Shown here: positions 25,340-40,949 of the stretch, in pieces | Numbering within the stretch: position 1 is the stretch's first letter | Layout: the number at the start of each line of letters is the position of its first letter | Assembly (NCBI GenBank): GCA_951406725.2 | Contig: OX597817.1 | Location: 93,000,001 to 93,064,000 of the forward strand | Length of the DNA stretch: 64,000 nucleotides | From: Octopus vulgaris | Lineage: Eukaryota | Direction of reading: 5' to 3' | Translations under genes and position numbers: made by a program | Notes under the pieces: generated by a model | Databases searched by the model: none | What the model was told of the DNA's origin: nothing | Seen by the model: only the letters and a program-made list of their open reading frames with translations

Positions 25340-27062
25340 AAAAATAAATTTAAAATTTTCTAACAAAGGCATCGAATGTTGAGTGATTGCTTGGTAAAAG
25401 TATGGCAAATTGGAGGACGGACCTGACAGCATACGGAAGAAGTTTAGGGACAGTAGAAATTAGGAGGGGCATCTTCCAAGGGGACTGCCTTTCCCCGCTG
25501 GTCTTTGTACTGTACTTGATACTGCTAACACTGATTCTGAGGAAATCAAAAGCTAGGTGTGTATTCAAAAGCCGCCAACAAAAGTCAATCATTTGTTATT
25601 CATGGATGACCTCAAACTTTATGGTAAAGATGAAGCCCAAGTCAGTTCCCTCGTTGATACGGTGTATACATTCAGTGCTGATATCAGAATGGAGTTCGGG
25701 CTGAGAAAGTGTGGTGTGTTAGTCTTCAAGAGAGGCAAAATCAAATGTATGAATGGGCTATCGATACCGTCGGGGGAGGTTGTGAAGCAGATAGAAGAGA
25801 CGGGCTATAAGTACTTGGGGATTTGGGAAATGGATAAATTGATGGAGAAAGAAATGACAGAAAACCTTAAGATGGAGTACTTGCGCAGACTGAGACTGAT
25901 CCTTAAGTCGAAACGGACGGAATGAGATTTAAGCTATCAACACCTGGGCGGTTTCACTCCTTAGATATGGAGCAGGGGTAATCGCATGACAGAAAGACAA
26001 GGAAGTTGCTAACTAGATATGGGACACTCCACCCAAAAAGTGACACAGACTGTATGTACCAAGAAAAAGAGGGGGAAGAGGACTTATTGGATGCGAACAC
26101 AGCATTACAGCAGAAGAAAACAACATAGCATGGTATATAAAAATGCCACAGAACCGCTATTATTAAAAGTAAAAAGTCACACTTGTGTAGGATGAAAGAT
26201 AGCAAAGATAAAGCACTTTACAAGAAATTGAAAACTACTGAAACTGAAAATAGGTAGGTAAAGAAAAGAATGCATGGTCAATTTCATAGGGATGTTGAAG
26301 ATAAGACAAACAGAGAAAAAAGATGGCTGTGGATAACTAAAAGTGATTTGAAACCAGAACGGAGGCTCTAATCTGTGCTGCCCAAGAGCAAGCACTAAGG
26401 ACAAACTACATAAAATACAGAATGGACAACACATCAGAAAGTGATAAGTGCAGAATCTGTGGACAAAACGGTGAAACCGTATGTCATATTACCAGCCAAT
26501 GTATGCCACTAGCCCAGAAGGAATATAAGACACGTCACAACAACATAGCCAGGCTTGTCCATTGGACACTTTGCAACAAGTATGGACTTGACAGAACAAA
26601 AAATTGGTACGACCACAAACACGAAAGCATCATCGAAAATAAAAATGCAAAGATCCTATGGGATTTTATGATTCAGAGCGACCATGAGATAGAGAATAGG
26701 AAGCCAGACTTAGTCTTAATTGAGAAAGAAAACAAACTATGCTGGATTATAGATATAGCATGCCCAGCTGACAACAAGTTCTGCGATAAGGAAGAAAAAA
26801 GTCGAGAGATATGACAGGTTAGCTTGGGAAGTTAAGTAGTTGTGGTCGATGAAAAAGGTAGCAGTAGTACCAGTAACTGTCGGAGTCCTGGAAACTGAGC
26901 AAAAATCTCGAGAAGTACGTGGAACAGATAGGGGCTGCAATAAACAGAAAACAGCACTGCTTGGAACCGCTCGAATACTCCGGAAGGTGCTCGAAAAATA
27001 AGAAGTGGTAGTGAACAGCTGACACCGTAGTACATCTACAGCGATAGAAGCTGTGCAAAGTC
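25340..27062 (+). mobile_element. R4/Dong-like RLE non-LTR retrotransposon, 5'-truncated, degenerate
   Basis: RRGIFQGDCLSPL, HLLFMDDLKLY, CRICGQNGETVCHITSQC (CCHC), RHN, KPDLV; ends in (AAT)n. Confidence 0.9.
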
Positions 27063-27075
27063 AATGATGATAATG

Positions 27076-27642
<567 letters not shown>

Positions 27643-27667
27643 AATAATAATAATAATAATAATAATG

Positions 27668-27735
<68 letters not shown>

Positions 27736-28564
27736 GAGAGGAGCGACAGCCTTGACAGCGGCTGGGCGTGTTCCTCGCTGCTCTGACCATTCAGTAGCCG
27801 AAAGCCATAGAAACACTAATATGGCCCAGCAGGACAACGGGGAAAAAATAGCTCTCAAAAACTGGAATAGCTACAATATCCTGTGAGTATTTAAAATTCC
27901 CTTCAAAATAAGTTAAGAAATTTACATATCTACAGTTTTCAAACACACAAACGATCAGGTTTAAAAACTTTAATATTCACAACTGCTGTGAATACTCATC
28001 CTTTCCTCTCTCCCTGAGTATTCGAAAATGTAAACATCTTTTTTTATTCTAAAAACATTACAGTTTTCTTTGTGTTGACTTACAAAAGACCATCTTTGGT
28101 GAATCTTAAAACTTTCTGTGAAAATTTGACTCTTCTTGTCTTTTCTTTCCTTTCTCCCTGAGTATTTAAAAATGTAAGCATCCTTTTCATTGCAAAAACA
28201 CAACTGTTTTTTCTGACTGGACATACAAACGAACATCTCTAGAAAAGTCAACTTCAATTTCTACAATATTACCTTTATTTTCTCCCTGACTACCCAAAAT
28301 ATGCAAACATACCTTTTATTGCAATAACAGAAATGCAAGTTATTATAGAAAAAAAAATAATGATAATAATAATAGATTCTCTCTGGTCAAACGCAACTTC
28401 TCTATTCACAAATAATACAGAACAGAGTAAGTGGTCCTTCCTTAATTTTTCTTAAACTGAAGGTCACTGTTGCTGTTGTTCGCTGCTACTAGTAGTAGAC
28501 ATTTGAACTCTTTTTGACCGATCGGATCCCATCACACTTCAAAAATAATTACATGAGCCGCACT

Positions 28565-28637
<73 letters not shown>

Positions 28638-28670
28638 GCTACTACTACTACTGCTACCACCGCTGCTGCT

Positions 28671-28703
<33 letters not shown>

Positions 28704-28870
28704 GCTACTGCTACTACTACTACTATTACTACTACTACTGCTGCTGCTGCTACCGGTACTGCTGCTGTTGCTGCTGCCACTACTAGTACTATTACCACTA
28801 CTAGCTGCTACTGCTGATAGTGATATTGCTGCTGCTACTTCAACTACTGGTGCTGCTGTTGCTACTAATG
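28565..28870. repeat. (TAC)n/(TGC)n trinucleotide repeat
   Basis: Seen directly. Confidence 0.9.
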
Positions 28871-28989
28871 ATGATAAATGCGGCCCCTGTATGAAGATTA
28901 GTGGTTAAAATAAATAAATAATAAATTAGATAAAAAATAAATTTTTTTTAAATATTTTTAAAAATGAAAATTTAGTAATAATTTAACTT

Positions 28990-31900
28990 TACTTAGAAAG
29001 AAAAGAAAATTTCAAACAGTACACCGAATCGCTTGTCCAGTGGTTACTCTGGAAGCGCGCCTATCAAGAGGTTGTCAGCCTGACGGCGAAAAATTTTCAA
29101 ATGGCAGAATATTTTCCCTGAATACGAACCTGGAAGGTCATTTAAACGGGATTTGTCCCAAATTAAGCCCCCAAAGTTCACCACCACAACGACCACAAAA
29201 TCAAAAATGTAAAAGAACTAAATGGAACCGGGAAGAATATAAAGAAGTGATGTACGCTTAACACAAGAGAAACACACCGTAAACTCCTACAGAATATGGA
29301 GAAGCCGGAATCCAGCTAGCAGACCAAACCTAGATGAAAACAGAATAGCAAATGTTAGAAGAGATATCTTCAGAAATACCAGACTCACAGATGTAGAATT
29401 AACCTCTATTAAAAAAAAGTGGTAGAGAATGACCTAAATATAAGTCAGGAAAGAAATAATGAAGCAGAGGAGAGGAATGTTGGACCACAAGCATTGACTG
29501 AAAGGCGACCATCAGCCGAAACCATTCAAGAGCCTAAAGAAAAAGGAAAATATAATTACCCTAGAAAAACAGCCAGGAAAATGATATCGTAACAGAATTT
29601 AAAGACCACATATTTGCTGAACACAGAAAATCTATCATTGAAATGAAGCAGGAAGTTCTGAATGAACTTGCAGTTGTAGGGCATACAAATATGAATGATA
29701 GGGAATCACTCCATAAACTCTCAAATGCACACCGACATAAAACACAAATAAAAATTGGCAACTGCGTTACACAAGAAATCATACAACTAAAACCCGATCT
29801 TAATAAGTTAAATGAAATTATTTATTCTGTTGCTAAGGTAATTGAAAGACGCTGTTTAACACCCAAAAAGCCAACAATACCAAATTCGAAAAGTAAATCA
29901 AACTGGAGGAGTAGAATTGAAACTGAAATTGAATCATTGCGAAGGGAGATATCAATATTAACTGAGCTAATCTCTGGAAATGATGTAAGATCAAGAAAAG
30001 GCAGGAAGATTGTGAGAAAATATGGACTCTCAACAAGAGAAGAACTAATGTCAGCACTTAAACAAAAAGTTCAAGCAAAAGCTCAGATAATACGCAGATT
30101 TGGGAAAAGAATCAAATACTAAAAGCAAAATAAGATTTTCAAATCCAATGCCAAATCATTTTACATGGAAATAGGGAAAGAAAAAATAACCATTGAAAAT
30201 CCACCCCTAATGGAAGAAGTTGAAAACTTTTGGAAGGGGATCTGGAGTGATGAGAAACCATACAATGAAAATGCAGAGTGGATCAAACGCACCCAAGATG
30301 CCTACAAACATCTACAAGAACAGGTATGGGAAGACATCTCAATCGCCGATCTAAGGAGAGCACTAACGAAGGCTCATAAGTGGAAATCCCCTGATATTGA
30401 TAGAGTACCAAGTTTCTGGCTCTCATCACTCTCGTCCGCACACAAAATGTTAGTAATACTATTTAATAGTATTATGAAAGACCCAGAAGAAAACTCCCCA
30501 TTGGATGGCAAATGGTATTACTTACCTCCCCAAAAATAACGAAACCAAAGACCCAAAAAGCTACCGGCCTATAACATATTTGTCTACTACCTATAAGATG
30601 TTGGCATCTATTCTAGTGGAGAAAACATATACGTTTATGGAAGAGAATAACCTCTTTCCCACTGAGCAAAAAGGATGCAGACGAGGCTCGTACGGATGCA
30701 AAGATCAGCTCCTAATTAATCGCATGATCCTTGAGAACTGCCATAACAAGCGCAGAAATCTCAGCTCTTCATGGATTGACTATAAAAAAGCCTTTGACAG
30801 CATACCACATTCGTGGATTCTGAAATCGCTGGACATTTTCAAAATTTCTCCTGTGATTTCAGATTTTTTAAAGTATATGTCACTATGGAACACGAAGCTC
30901 CAACTATATCATTCTAATGCACTCAAACAATATTAGTATAAACTGTGGTTTTTCCAAGGTGACTCACTTTCACCACTAATTTTCTGCATAGCACTAATAC
31001 CACTCTCAAGTGAACTGAATAGAACAGGGTATGACTACATAATTGACAACAGGAAAATAAGCCATCTATTTTATATGGATGATTTAAAACTGCATAGCAA
31101 AGATGATGAAGAACTTGAAGGACTACTACACACAGTGAAAGGATTCAGTAATGATATCGATATGGAGTTTGACCATGAAAAGTGTGCCAAAGCCACTTTT
31201 AAGAAAGGGAAATTGGTAAAGTCAAGTTCAATCGAATTAGATGTTGAAACAGTAATAAAGGAACTTGAGCAGGAACAAACCTATAAATACCAAGGAATAA
31301 ATGAAGGCTCTGGTATCCAGCATGCAAGCATGAAAGAGAAGGTAAAGAAGGAATGTTATAGAAGAGTTCGAGCAGTCCTGAAGTTTGAGCTGAATGCATA
31401 TAATAAGGTGTTAGCCATAAATTCCTTAGCAGTCCCAGTTGTTCATTATAGCTTCTATGTGCTTAACTGGAATACTAGTTAAATAATGAAAATTGATAGA
31501 AAAGTCCGCAAGCTACCGACTTGTAATAAGATGCACCATCCAAAGGCAGACGTGGATCGTCTTTACTTTCCCTTCCCAGAGCTCAGGGGGGTCGAGGCTT
31601 GATCCAGCTTGAACTTACGTACGAAACCACCACAATAGGATTGGCCAAATACCTTGAAACAACCAACGATTCGATGCTAAAACTTGTTGAAAACATGAAA
31701 GACCGAAAAGTTTTCACTCTATTCTGAAAGGGAGCAAAAGATTCGCTACTGATCTCTTAGATACTTACCAGACTGATCAGGTTGAAAGAAATGCGCCAAC
31801 TGCTGCTGCAAAGGAAATAAAATTAATTGCAAAGACAAAAGCACATGAAAAATTAGCTAGCAGATGGGAACAGAAACCTCTGCATGGCAAGTATGTGGCC

Positions 31901-32781
31901 CGTAGCAAACAAGCTGATGTCGACCAGAAACACACACATCAATGGTTACGAAGCTCAGGGCTAAAAACAGAGAGTGAAGGTTTCATATTAGCTGCTCAAG
32001 ACCAAAGCTTATTAATCCGGAACTACCAAGCCAATGTGATAAAAAATGGAGCTGACCCAAAATGCCGATTCTGTAACGATGAGATTGAAACTATAGACCA
32101 CCTAATCTCAAGGTGTAGAGTCTTAGCATTGGTAGAATATAAAGCAAGACATGACAGAGTCGGCCAGTATTTACACTGGACAATATGTTGTCATTATAAA
32201 ATCGAAACCGCTGACAAATGGTATAAACACCATCCTGAAGCTGTGACTGAGGGAGAAAATGTGTCGATTCTCTGGAACTTACCCGTACATACCGACAAAA
32301 CTATAAAAGCTAATAAACCGGATATTATTACAAAATATCAGATAAAAAAAGGTGTGTTTATTAAATGACATGAGTATTCTTTGCGATCACAATATAGCAG
32401 CGAAAGAATTTGACAAGTTCAGTAAATATAGACTTGCTAACAGAAATTGAAAAAATGAGGTATCTCAAGGCGACTTCAGTACCAGTGATTGTAGGATCTC
32501 TGGGGATGATAAAAAAAAAAGGTACTGAAACCTATTTGAAAATGATACCAGACTTGCCATCCCTACAAGAAGTGCAAAATATCGTGTTAACTTGAACGAC
32601 TTATGTACTGAGAAGAGCATTATCGCTGTAAAAACAACATCCATTCATGAATTTATTTATTTACTGTTTTTAAATACATATTTTACCTGTGAATTTGCGT
32701 GTGTAATCTGGGAATGCATACAATAAGCTTCTCTGCCCTAGGTGAGAAATGGAAGAAAATTTGAAGAAACAAGGAAAAAAC
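28990..32781 (+). mobile_element. R4/Dong-like RLE retrotransposon, near full length, degenerate
   Basis: N-terminal KRTKWNREEYKEVM, RT (WKSPDID, YRPIT, EQKGC, WIDYKKAFDSIPHSW, MDDLKL), CCHC CRFC..H..C, RHD, NKPDII; many stops/frameshifts; (AAT)n at the 3' end. Confidence 0.9.
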
Positions 32782-32827
32782 AATAATAATAATAATAATA
32801 AATATATTAATAATAATAATAATAATG

Positions 32828-34914
<2,087 letters not shown>

Positions 34915-36149
34915 AGTAGATTGACAAATTTATTTTTTGAACCAGTTGAAGACACACAAGATGTCGAAATATCGTTTACTAGATAATAATGGCACTCTTT
35001 TAATTTTGACTCTATATCTTCAGGAGGAGTTACCTCAATGCTTTTTATATTAACCAAAATGAAGTAGATTGACAATTTTATTTTTTGAACTAATTGAAGA
35101 CACACAAGATGTCGAGATGGGGAAATTTTATTAAGAGCTGCTATTTTATGATATTCTTCTGCAGGATACCTCAAAGACGAGTGACAATGATCTCATCAGT
35201 GTGGTTGGAGATTTTAATGGGCATGTCGGACAGCAGCCTGGTATCTTCCAATTAACATGCAGATTGAGGAAGGTCACGTGATAAGGTAAGAAAGTTTTCG
35301 GTCACTTTTTTTGCTACGTCAGTTTGTTATGGTCATGTGACAGCCGCGTGATATTGGCACGTCAAAGCTTTTCCCTAGTAGATATGTCAAATGACAGTTA
35401 GAACTGTAGCAATGAAAGATGAAAGTTGCGTCCGAAATTAAGGCTGTTTTAACCTTTTGGTCGCGTCCTGTAGCTGTGTGAACAGTTATTATCTTGTTTA
35501 GCCAAGGCGTGGTAACTGTTTGTCTTATATATGTGTGAAGGATTCGGTCTTTCTTCCCGAAATGTAATCATAACGGTTGTAAAAGAAATATTAGCTTTAA
35601 ATTATTTGGAATGCATAACTGTCATGAATAACTACAGTTGGAAATAACCGAAAAATCCGAAGTTATTTGGTTCCTAAATTTTCGCAACGTAGCCATAACT
35701 TTAAATTATTAAAATCTGCGCATATACTTTATATTATATATCCCTAATCACTTATTGTTTTTCATAACTTCTTTCAATTAACTAAAATTTTATTTCGTTT
35801 CTCTTTCCCCCAGCAAATTTATTTCTCTTTATATTCTTCCTTTTTTTTATTTTTTCGTATCTCTACCTATTTCTTATCAGTACTCTTTAATTCAATATTT
35901 TTACTTAACGTCTTCACCATCTAATTTCGTAATGTTCCTCACAACTCTTTACTGTCTGTATATTCTCTTGAATGATTGCATACCCCTGAAAACATATAAC
36001 CGTCTATTTTTCAAATCCCTAATAGCTTTCTAAAAAGTTTTGATTAGCAACACCTTCCCCTATCACTCCCTCAGCGTCCCCTCTTACCTTTCTAGCAAAC
36101 TAATGTTTACATTACGTAGATACTTCATATATGGATTATATATATATAT

Positions 36150-37956
36150 ATAATCAAAATAAGCAACAAGAATAACGTCTGTAATTTGGTACGATCGTTT
36201 CATGCTACATCATTTTATTAGCTGTTGTAAGCATTACAACAGTTTTAAAATGTTGAGCAATCATCAGTCATTAATAGAGGTTTTCCATTAATACATAATT
36301 TTCATATCAATTGATAACATTATAGAGAAAGTAAATATATAGACAAAGATGTCGATTTAAATTTTAAGAACATTAAGGTAGTAGAGTTTATCAACTGACT
36401 GAAGAATATTCAGAATATTCAGTTGTTTTGAACTGCTAGAAGGTTTATGAAGAATGATCGATTGAAAGGAGACAATAAAGATTTTCTATTGATAGAAATA
36501 GGGGTGAAATAGATGTCAAAGTTCTATATAAAGAAATTTAGGTAGAGAGAGGGTTGTAATGCTACAGAGGCTGATTACTACAATTTGGCAAACAGATTTT
36601 GTATTAGAAAAATTAGGTCAATGTCAAATGGTCATAGTGACCATTTATAGAGAATCCAGAGATTCTTTTATGCATCAACTTTATACTTAGCTGGTAGATT
36701 TTGAATATTTTGATACGTTGATGGATTAAAGGAGAAATTATAAATCTAATATTTGTTCATTTTGGAGAAAAATTTATCACTTATTATGAGTAGGTATAAT
36801 ACTCATTAACTGAGGACAAAAGTCTTATTAATCAAGTGAATATAATAGGGGTAAAATATATATAACAGGAAAACTGGAAGAGTAGTAATCAGGAAGAAAG
36901 GTTTTCATAGGTTTAGTAGAAGGTGATTAATTTTTATGAAGAGGAGTAATTAAGAAGAGTAAATTACCCAGATTTCGTAGATAGTGAAATGTTATTAATG
37001 AATTAAAATATAGAATCTGTTAGACATAATATTTACTACCCGCGGAGAAAGGCTAATTAGTTAGGTAAAAATATCCTAGGTTAATGATATATTAAGAAAT
37101 GGAAGTGAGATAATCAAGGTGAACTGAGTAGTTTTTTAGGGACATAGACTTTATACTATTTAGAATAGGAGATTATCAAAAAAAGAAAAAAGGGAGAATT
37201 TAATTCCAAGTTTGCAATGAAGTTTTTTAGTAATTTATGTATGTTGAATTAAAAACCAGTATGGTATATTTCATTCTTATTTGGTTATAAAGAATTAGAA
37301 TTTGAAAAATTTGGGAATAGTCACAATATTATTATTTAGAATATTTAAACTTACGGGTTGTGCGATGTATGCAAGATACTCCTAGCTCCGAACGGTTATT
37401 TAACAGATTTGTATTACTCCTATGTTTTAAAATTTCACACGTTTCCATAGAACAAAGTTCACAACCATCTCTACTATTGTTATAGGGCCGTGCTTTTCTT
37501 ACTATATCCCATTTCAGATTGAATTCTATATTATTCGTTTTCAGTTCCCAAATTTTACTAGACAATGTTGTTCAACCTGCTTTGTTTAAACGTTTTTTTT
37601 TAAAATCTACTGAACAACCGAAATAAAGATAGTTGTTATTTGAAGTCACTATTACACATTTATAAATCACATTTTGGACCCAACAGCGGCCAGATACCGG
37701 ACATTTCGATCTGATCCTACAATTACAATTGGGGGGATAATTCCTGGTACTAGTGTTATTTATGGACAATTCGTTTTCATTTCTGTTATTTGAGTTGTTA
37801 TTAGTATTAGTGTTATTTTCTCTAATAGTAGTTACATTGTTATGTAAACTGGGGTTACTAGTTATTAATCCATTCTCACTATCTTCACCTACTGCATTTT
37901 TCTCTATACACCCTATATTATTGATGTTGTTATTATCATTATTTATATTAATGTTG

Positions 37957-38032
<76 letters not shown>

Positions 38033-38067
38033 TAATATTATTATTATTATTATTATCATTATTATTA

Positions 38068-38120
<53 letters not shown>

Positions 38121-39140
38121 ATTATTATTATCATCATTATTATTATTATTATCATTATTATTATTGCTATTTTTATTATTATTATTACTATTATTGTTGT
38201 TGTTACTATTTATTCTATCTCTAGCTAACTTTATATTTTTACTATTAAGTCTAGCTATTATGGTAGCCATATTTGGAAGAGTAGAACATGATATTCTTAC
38301 TAATTTCTTAGAAATTATTTTATAATATTTATGGGAAGCTGTGAATTTTTTTTTTCCAGTATAGACATAAATCTACTGTATATGTTCGTCGAGATCATAC
38401 AGTTGAAGGGGATATTTAACCAAATAACATTTTTTCTTTTGTATTTTTTGTTTGAGTAAGAGTGGGAAAGATTAGCGTTATCCATATTCTTACGAGATTC
38501 ATTATTCATTTTAGTCTTATTTTTATGTTTATTAGGTTTTTTCTTTGTGGGAGAGATTTTTGTATAATTATTTATATTTATTTTATCTGGATTAACATTT
38601 ACATATTTATTTATGATCTGTTTACTATTTTTATTCGTATTATTGAGTTTATATACTAAGTTATTTTCTTCTATTGATTTATGTTTATTTAGAGTATGAG
38701 ATTCTATATTAATTGAGCCATTTACATTCACTTCATCATTTAAGAGATTTATGTTATCAAGATCTAGGAAGGTGATTTCCTGGTCGTATCCAGCATTGGA
38801 TAATGCAACATTATAATGATTAAAGTGAGAGTCAAAGATTTCAATATTCGATGATAATTTGGAAATTCCCTGAGAAATATTTTTCACTATTGATTTTAGT
38901 ATATTCGTGGGGTGATTAGATAATTTATTTGCGTATCTGGTAACTTCACCCTCTTTTCTAAATGGGTGATGTAACTTTGAATTTAAGTCTAAGATAACGT
39001 CTAGAAAATTCACTATTTTGGTGTTAGGTTCATATGTAATGCCTAGGTTTAAATCTTTGAAAAATTTACTACTTTTCTTTCTTATTCTCTCAATTTTTGA
39101 TTTATTGTTACTAGGTACAATAAACAAAGCATCATCTCTA
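36150..39140 (-). mobile_element. Penelope-like retroelement, 5'-truncated (RT C-terminus + GIY-YIG endonuclease + 3' pLTR)
   Basis: GLYRDDA, VNFLDVILDL, SNHP; CNCRIRSKCPVSGRC, VIYK..YFG, KWDIV, CELCSME; hammerhead-like motif at the 3' end; inserted in (TA)n. The Cys pattern suggests the Naiad group (inference). Confidence 0.88.
36187..36270 (-). ncRNA. Degenerate type I hammerhead ribozyme in the Penelope 3' pLTR
   Basis: CTGATGA ttgct...agcat GAAAC GATC GTA; the first pairs of stems I and II are mismatched. Confidence 0.6.
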
Positions 39141-39159
39141 TATAAACCCCCTTGTAATT

Positions 39160-39223
<64 letters not shown>

Positions 39224-39239
39224 CATATATATATATATA

Positions 39240-40096
39240 TCCATGTATTCTTTTTTTCTTTTATATGTTTCAGTCTTGAGGCGCACCGCCAGTGTATATA
39301 TATATATATAATTGATATAGGATAAATTTTTTTCGGGAAAAAAATTTTATCAATGGCCAGCATATCAAAAAATGCCTTTAAAGGTAAAATTTATACATAA
39401 TTTACAAGATAAAGGCAGAAGGAAAATTCTAATGCCAGATACGCCGAAACAAAAAATTGTCGATAACCATTAAATTTATGCGTCTCGAAACAAACCGATA
39501 GAAATCTCTAAAAAAATTCGTTATTACCGTATTGGTCCAATTTCGGGGTTAATTCACAAGAAATTTTCCCCTCTTCAGCGGCAAATACGCGAGATATAAA
39601 TGAAATACTTACTCATACCCATGGAAGAAGCAAGCACCAAGTCCCGAGCAGACTTAAGTACCCCAAATATATCCAAAATAGAAAAATCTTCGGCGCACCT
39701 CGAGACACGTGTGATTCGAACTAGAAACTTTCACAGAGTGATAGAATCCGGAAGTGAACACTAATCTATTTATAATTGATATAGGATAATGTTTTTTTTT
39801 TCGGGAAAAATTTTTTATCAATGGCCAGCATATCAAAAAATGCCTTTAATGGTAAAATTTATACATAATTTACAAGTTAAGGGCAGAAGAAAAATTCTAA
39901 TGCCAGATACGCCGAAACAAAAAATTGTCGATAACTATTAAATTTATGCGTCTCGAAATTGGACCAATACGGTAATAACGAATTTTTTAGAGATATCTAT
40001 CGGTTTGTTTCGAGACGCATAAATTTAATGGTTATCGACAATTTTTTGTTTCGGCGTATCTGGCATTAGAATTTTTCTTCTGCCCTTATCTTGTAA

Positions 40097-40098
<2 letters not shown>
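39240..40098 (-). mobile_element. Penelope pLTR-like element: direct repeat (464-bp offset) plus inverted segment
   Basis: 39308-39489 repeated at 39772-39958; 39954-40097 is the inverse of ~39400-39544; TA-flanked. Confidence 0.75.
39526..39582 (-). ncRNA. Type I hammerhead ribozyme
   Basis: gccg CTGAAGA gggg...cccc GAAA ttggaccaa TA cggt. Confidence 0.88.
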
Positions 40099-40141
<43 letters not shown>

Positions 40142-40268
40142 CAAAATATTAAGGAAAGACCCTTACAGGTCGTTCGACTCACTTGAAAAGAGCAGCCAAA
40201 ACTCAAACCGCAAAAATAGTAGTAATTCTGAAAGCTAAAGGAGAAATAAAAACATTTATCCCTTTCCA

Positions 40269-40365
40269 ACTTTGTACCCTGCAAGGTTTCAACAATTTTT
40301 ACGCAATCGAACTTAATTAAATTAAATTAAATCCGTTTACGATTGGTTTGTTTCATCAGCAAAGT
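40269..40365 (-). ncRNA. Type I hammerhead ribozyme
   Basis: actttg CTGATGA aacaa...ttgtt GAAA cct TGCA ggg TA caaagt. Confidence 0.9.
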
Positions 40366-40670
40366 CCCAAAAGAAAAGGCGAACACATACACACGAGGCG
40401 ATACCACTGAAGCCCCGAGTATATATATCCTAATTTTTCGAAATCCAACGTAACCGCGCCAACTACTCAGCAGCAAATATAAACTGCTGATACAATTTCA
40501 GAATTAGTCAAAAATTATTAATTTATCAATATATCAATATTTTGTTGAATATATTATATAGTCTGTGACTATTTCTATTTTCTCACTTGACCGCTGGTTG
40601 CAGAAAATTTTTCTTGAATTTTTTCTTGAATTTTTTTGCTACCCTATATTGATAAATAATATATATATAT

Positions 40671-40728
<58 letters not shown>

Positions 40729-40832
40729 TAATCCAAACAAGAAAACACAGAAAAAAAGAGAAAAAAACACAGCAACGCGAGGACGTGGAACAATTAAAGT
40801 ATTATTGACGCTCAGGAAAGAAGGGAAGGAGG

Positions 40833-40867
40833 GTTTAACGTTTCGAGCGGAGCTCTTCGTCAGAAAC
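40833..40867 (-). ncRNA. Ultra-minimal hammerhead ribozyme (35 nt)
   Basis: gttt CTGACGA A gagc tcc gctc GAAA CG TT aaac; stem III reduced to palindromic ACGT, one extra A after the core. Confidence 0.7.
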
Positions 40868-40949
40868 AAGGAGAAAGAAAGATCCCAAGAAGGGAAGACA
40901 GAGGAAAAAATATTTTTGCTGGTGGTGCTCAAGAGATCACATGTTGAAA

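Noticed and set aside
37572-37574. In-frame TGA in the Penelope endonuclease as selenocysteine
   Set aside because: Not at a Cys position and next to an apparent deletion in a decayed copy; no SECIS recognised by eye.
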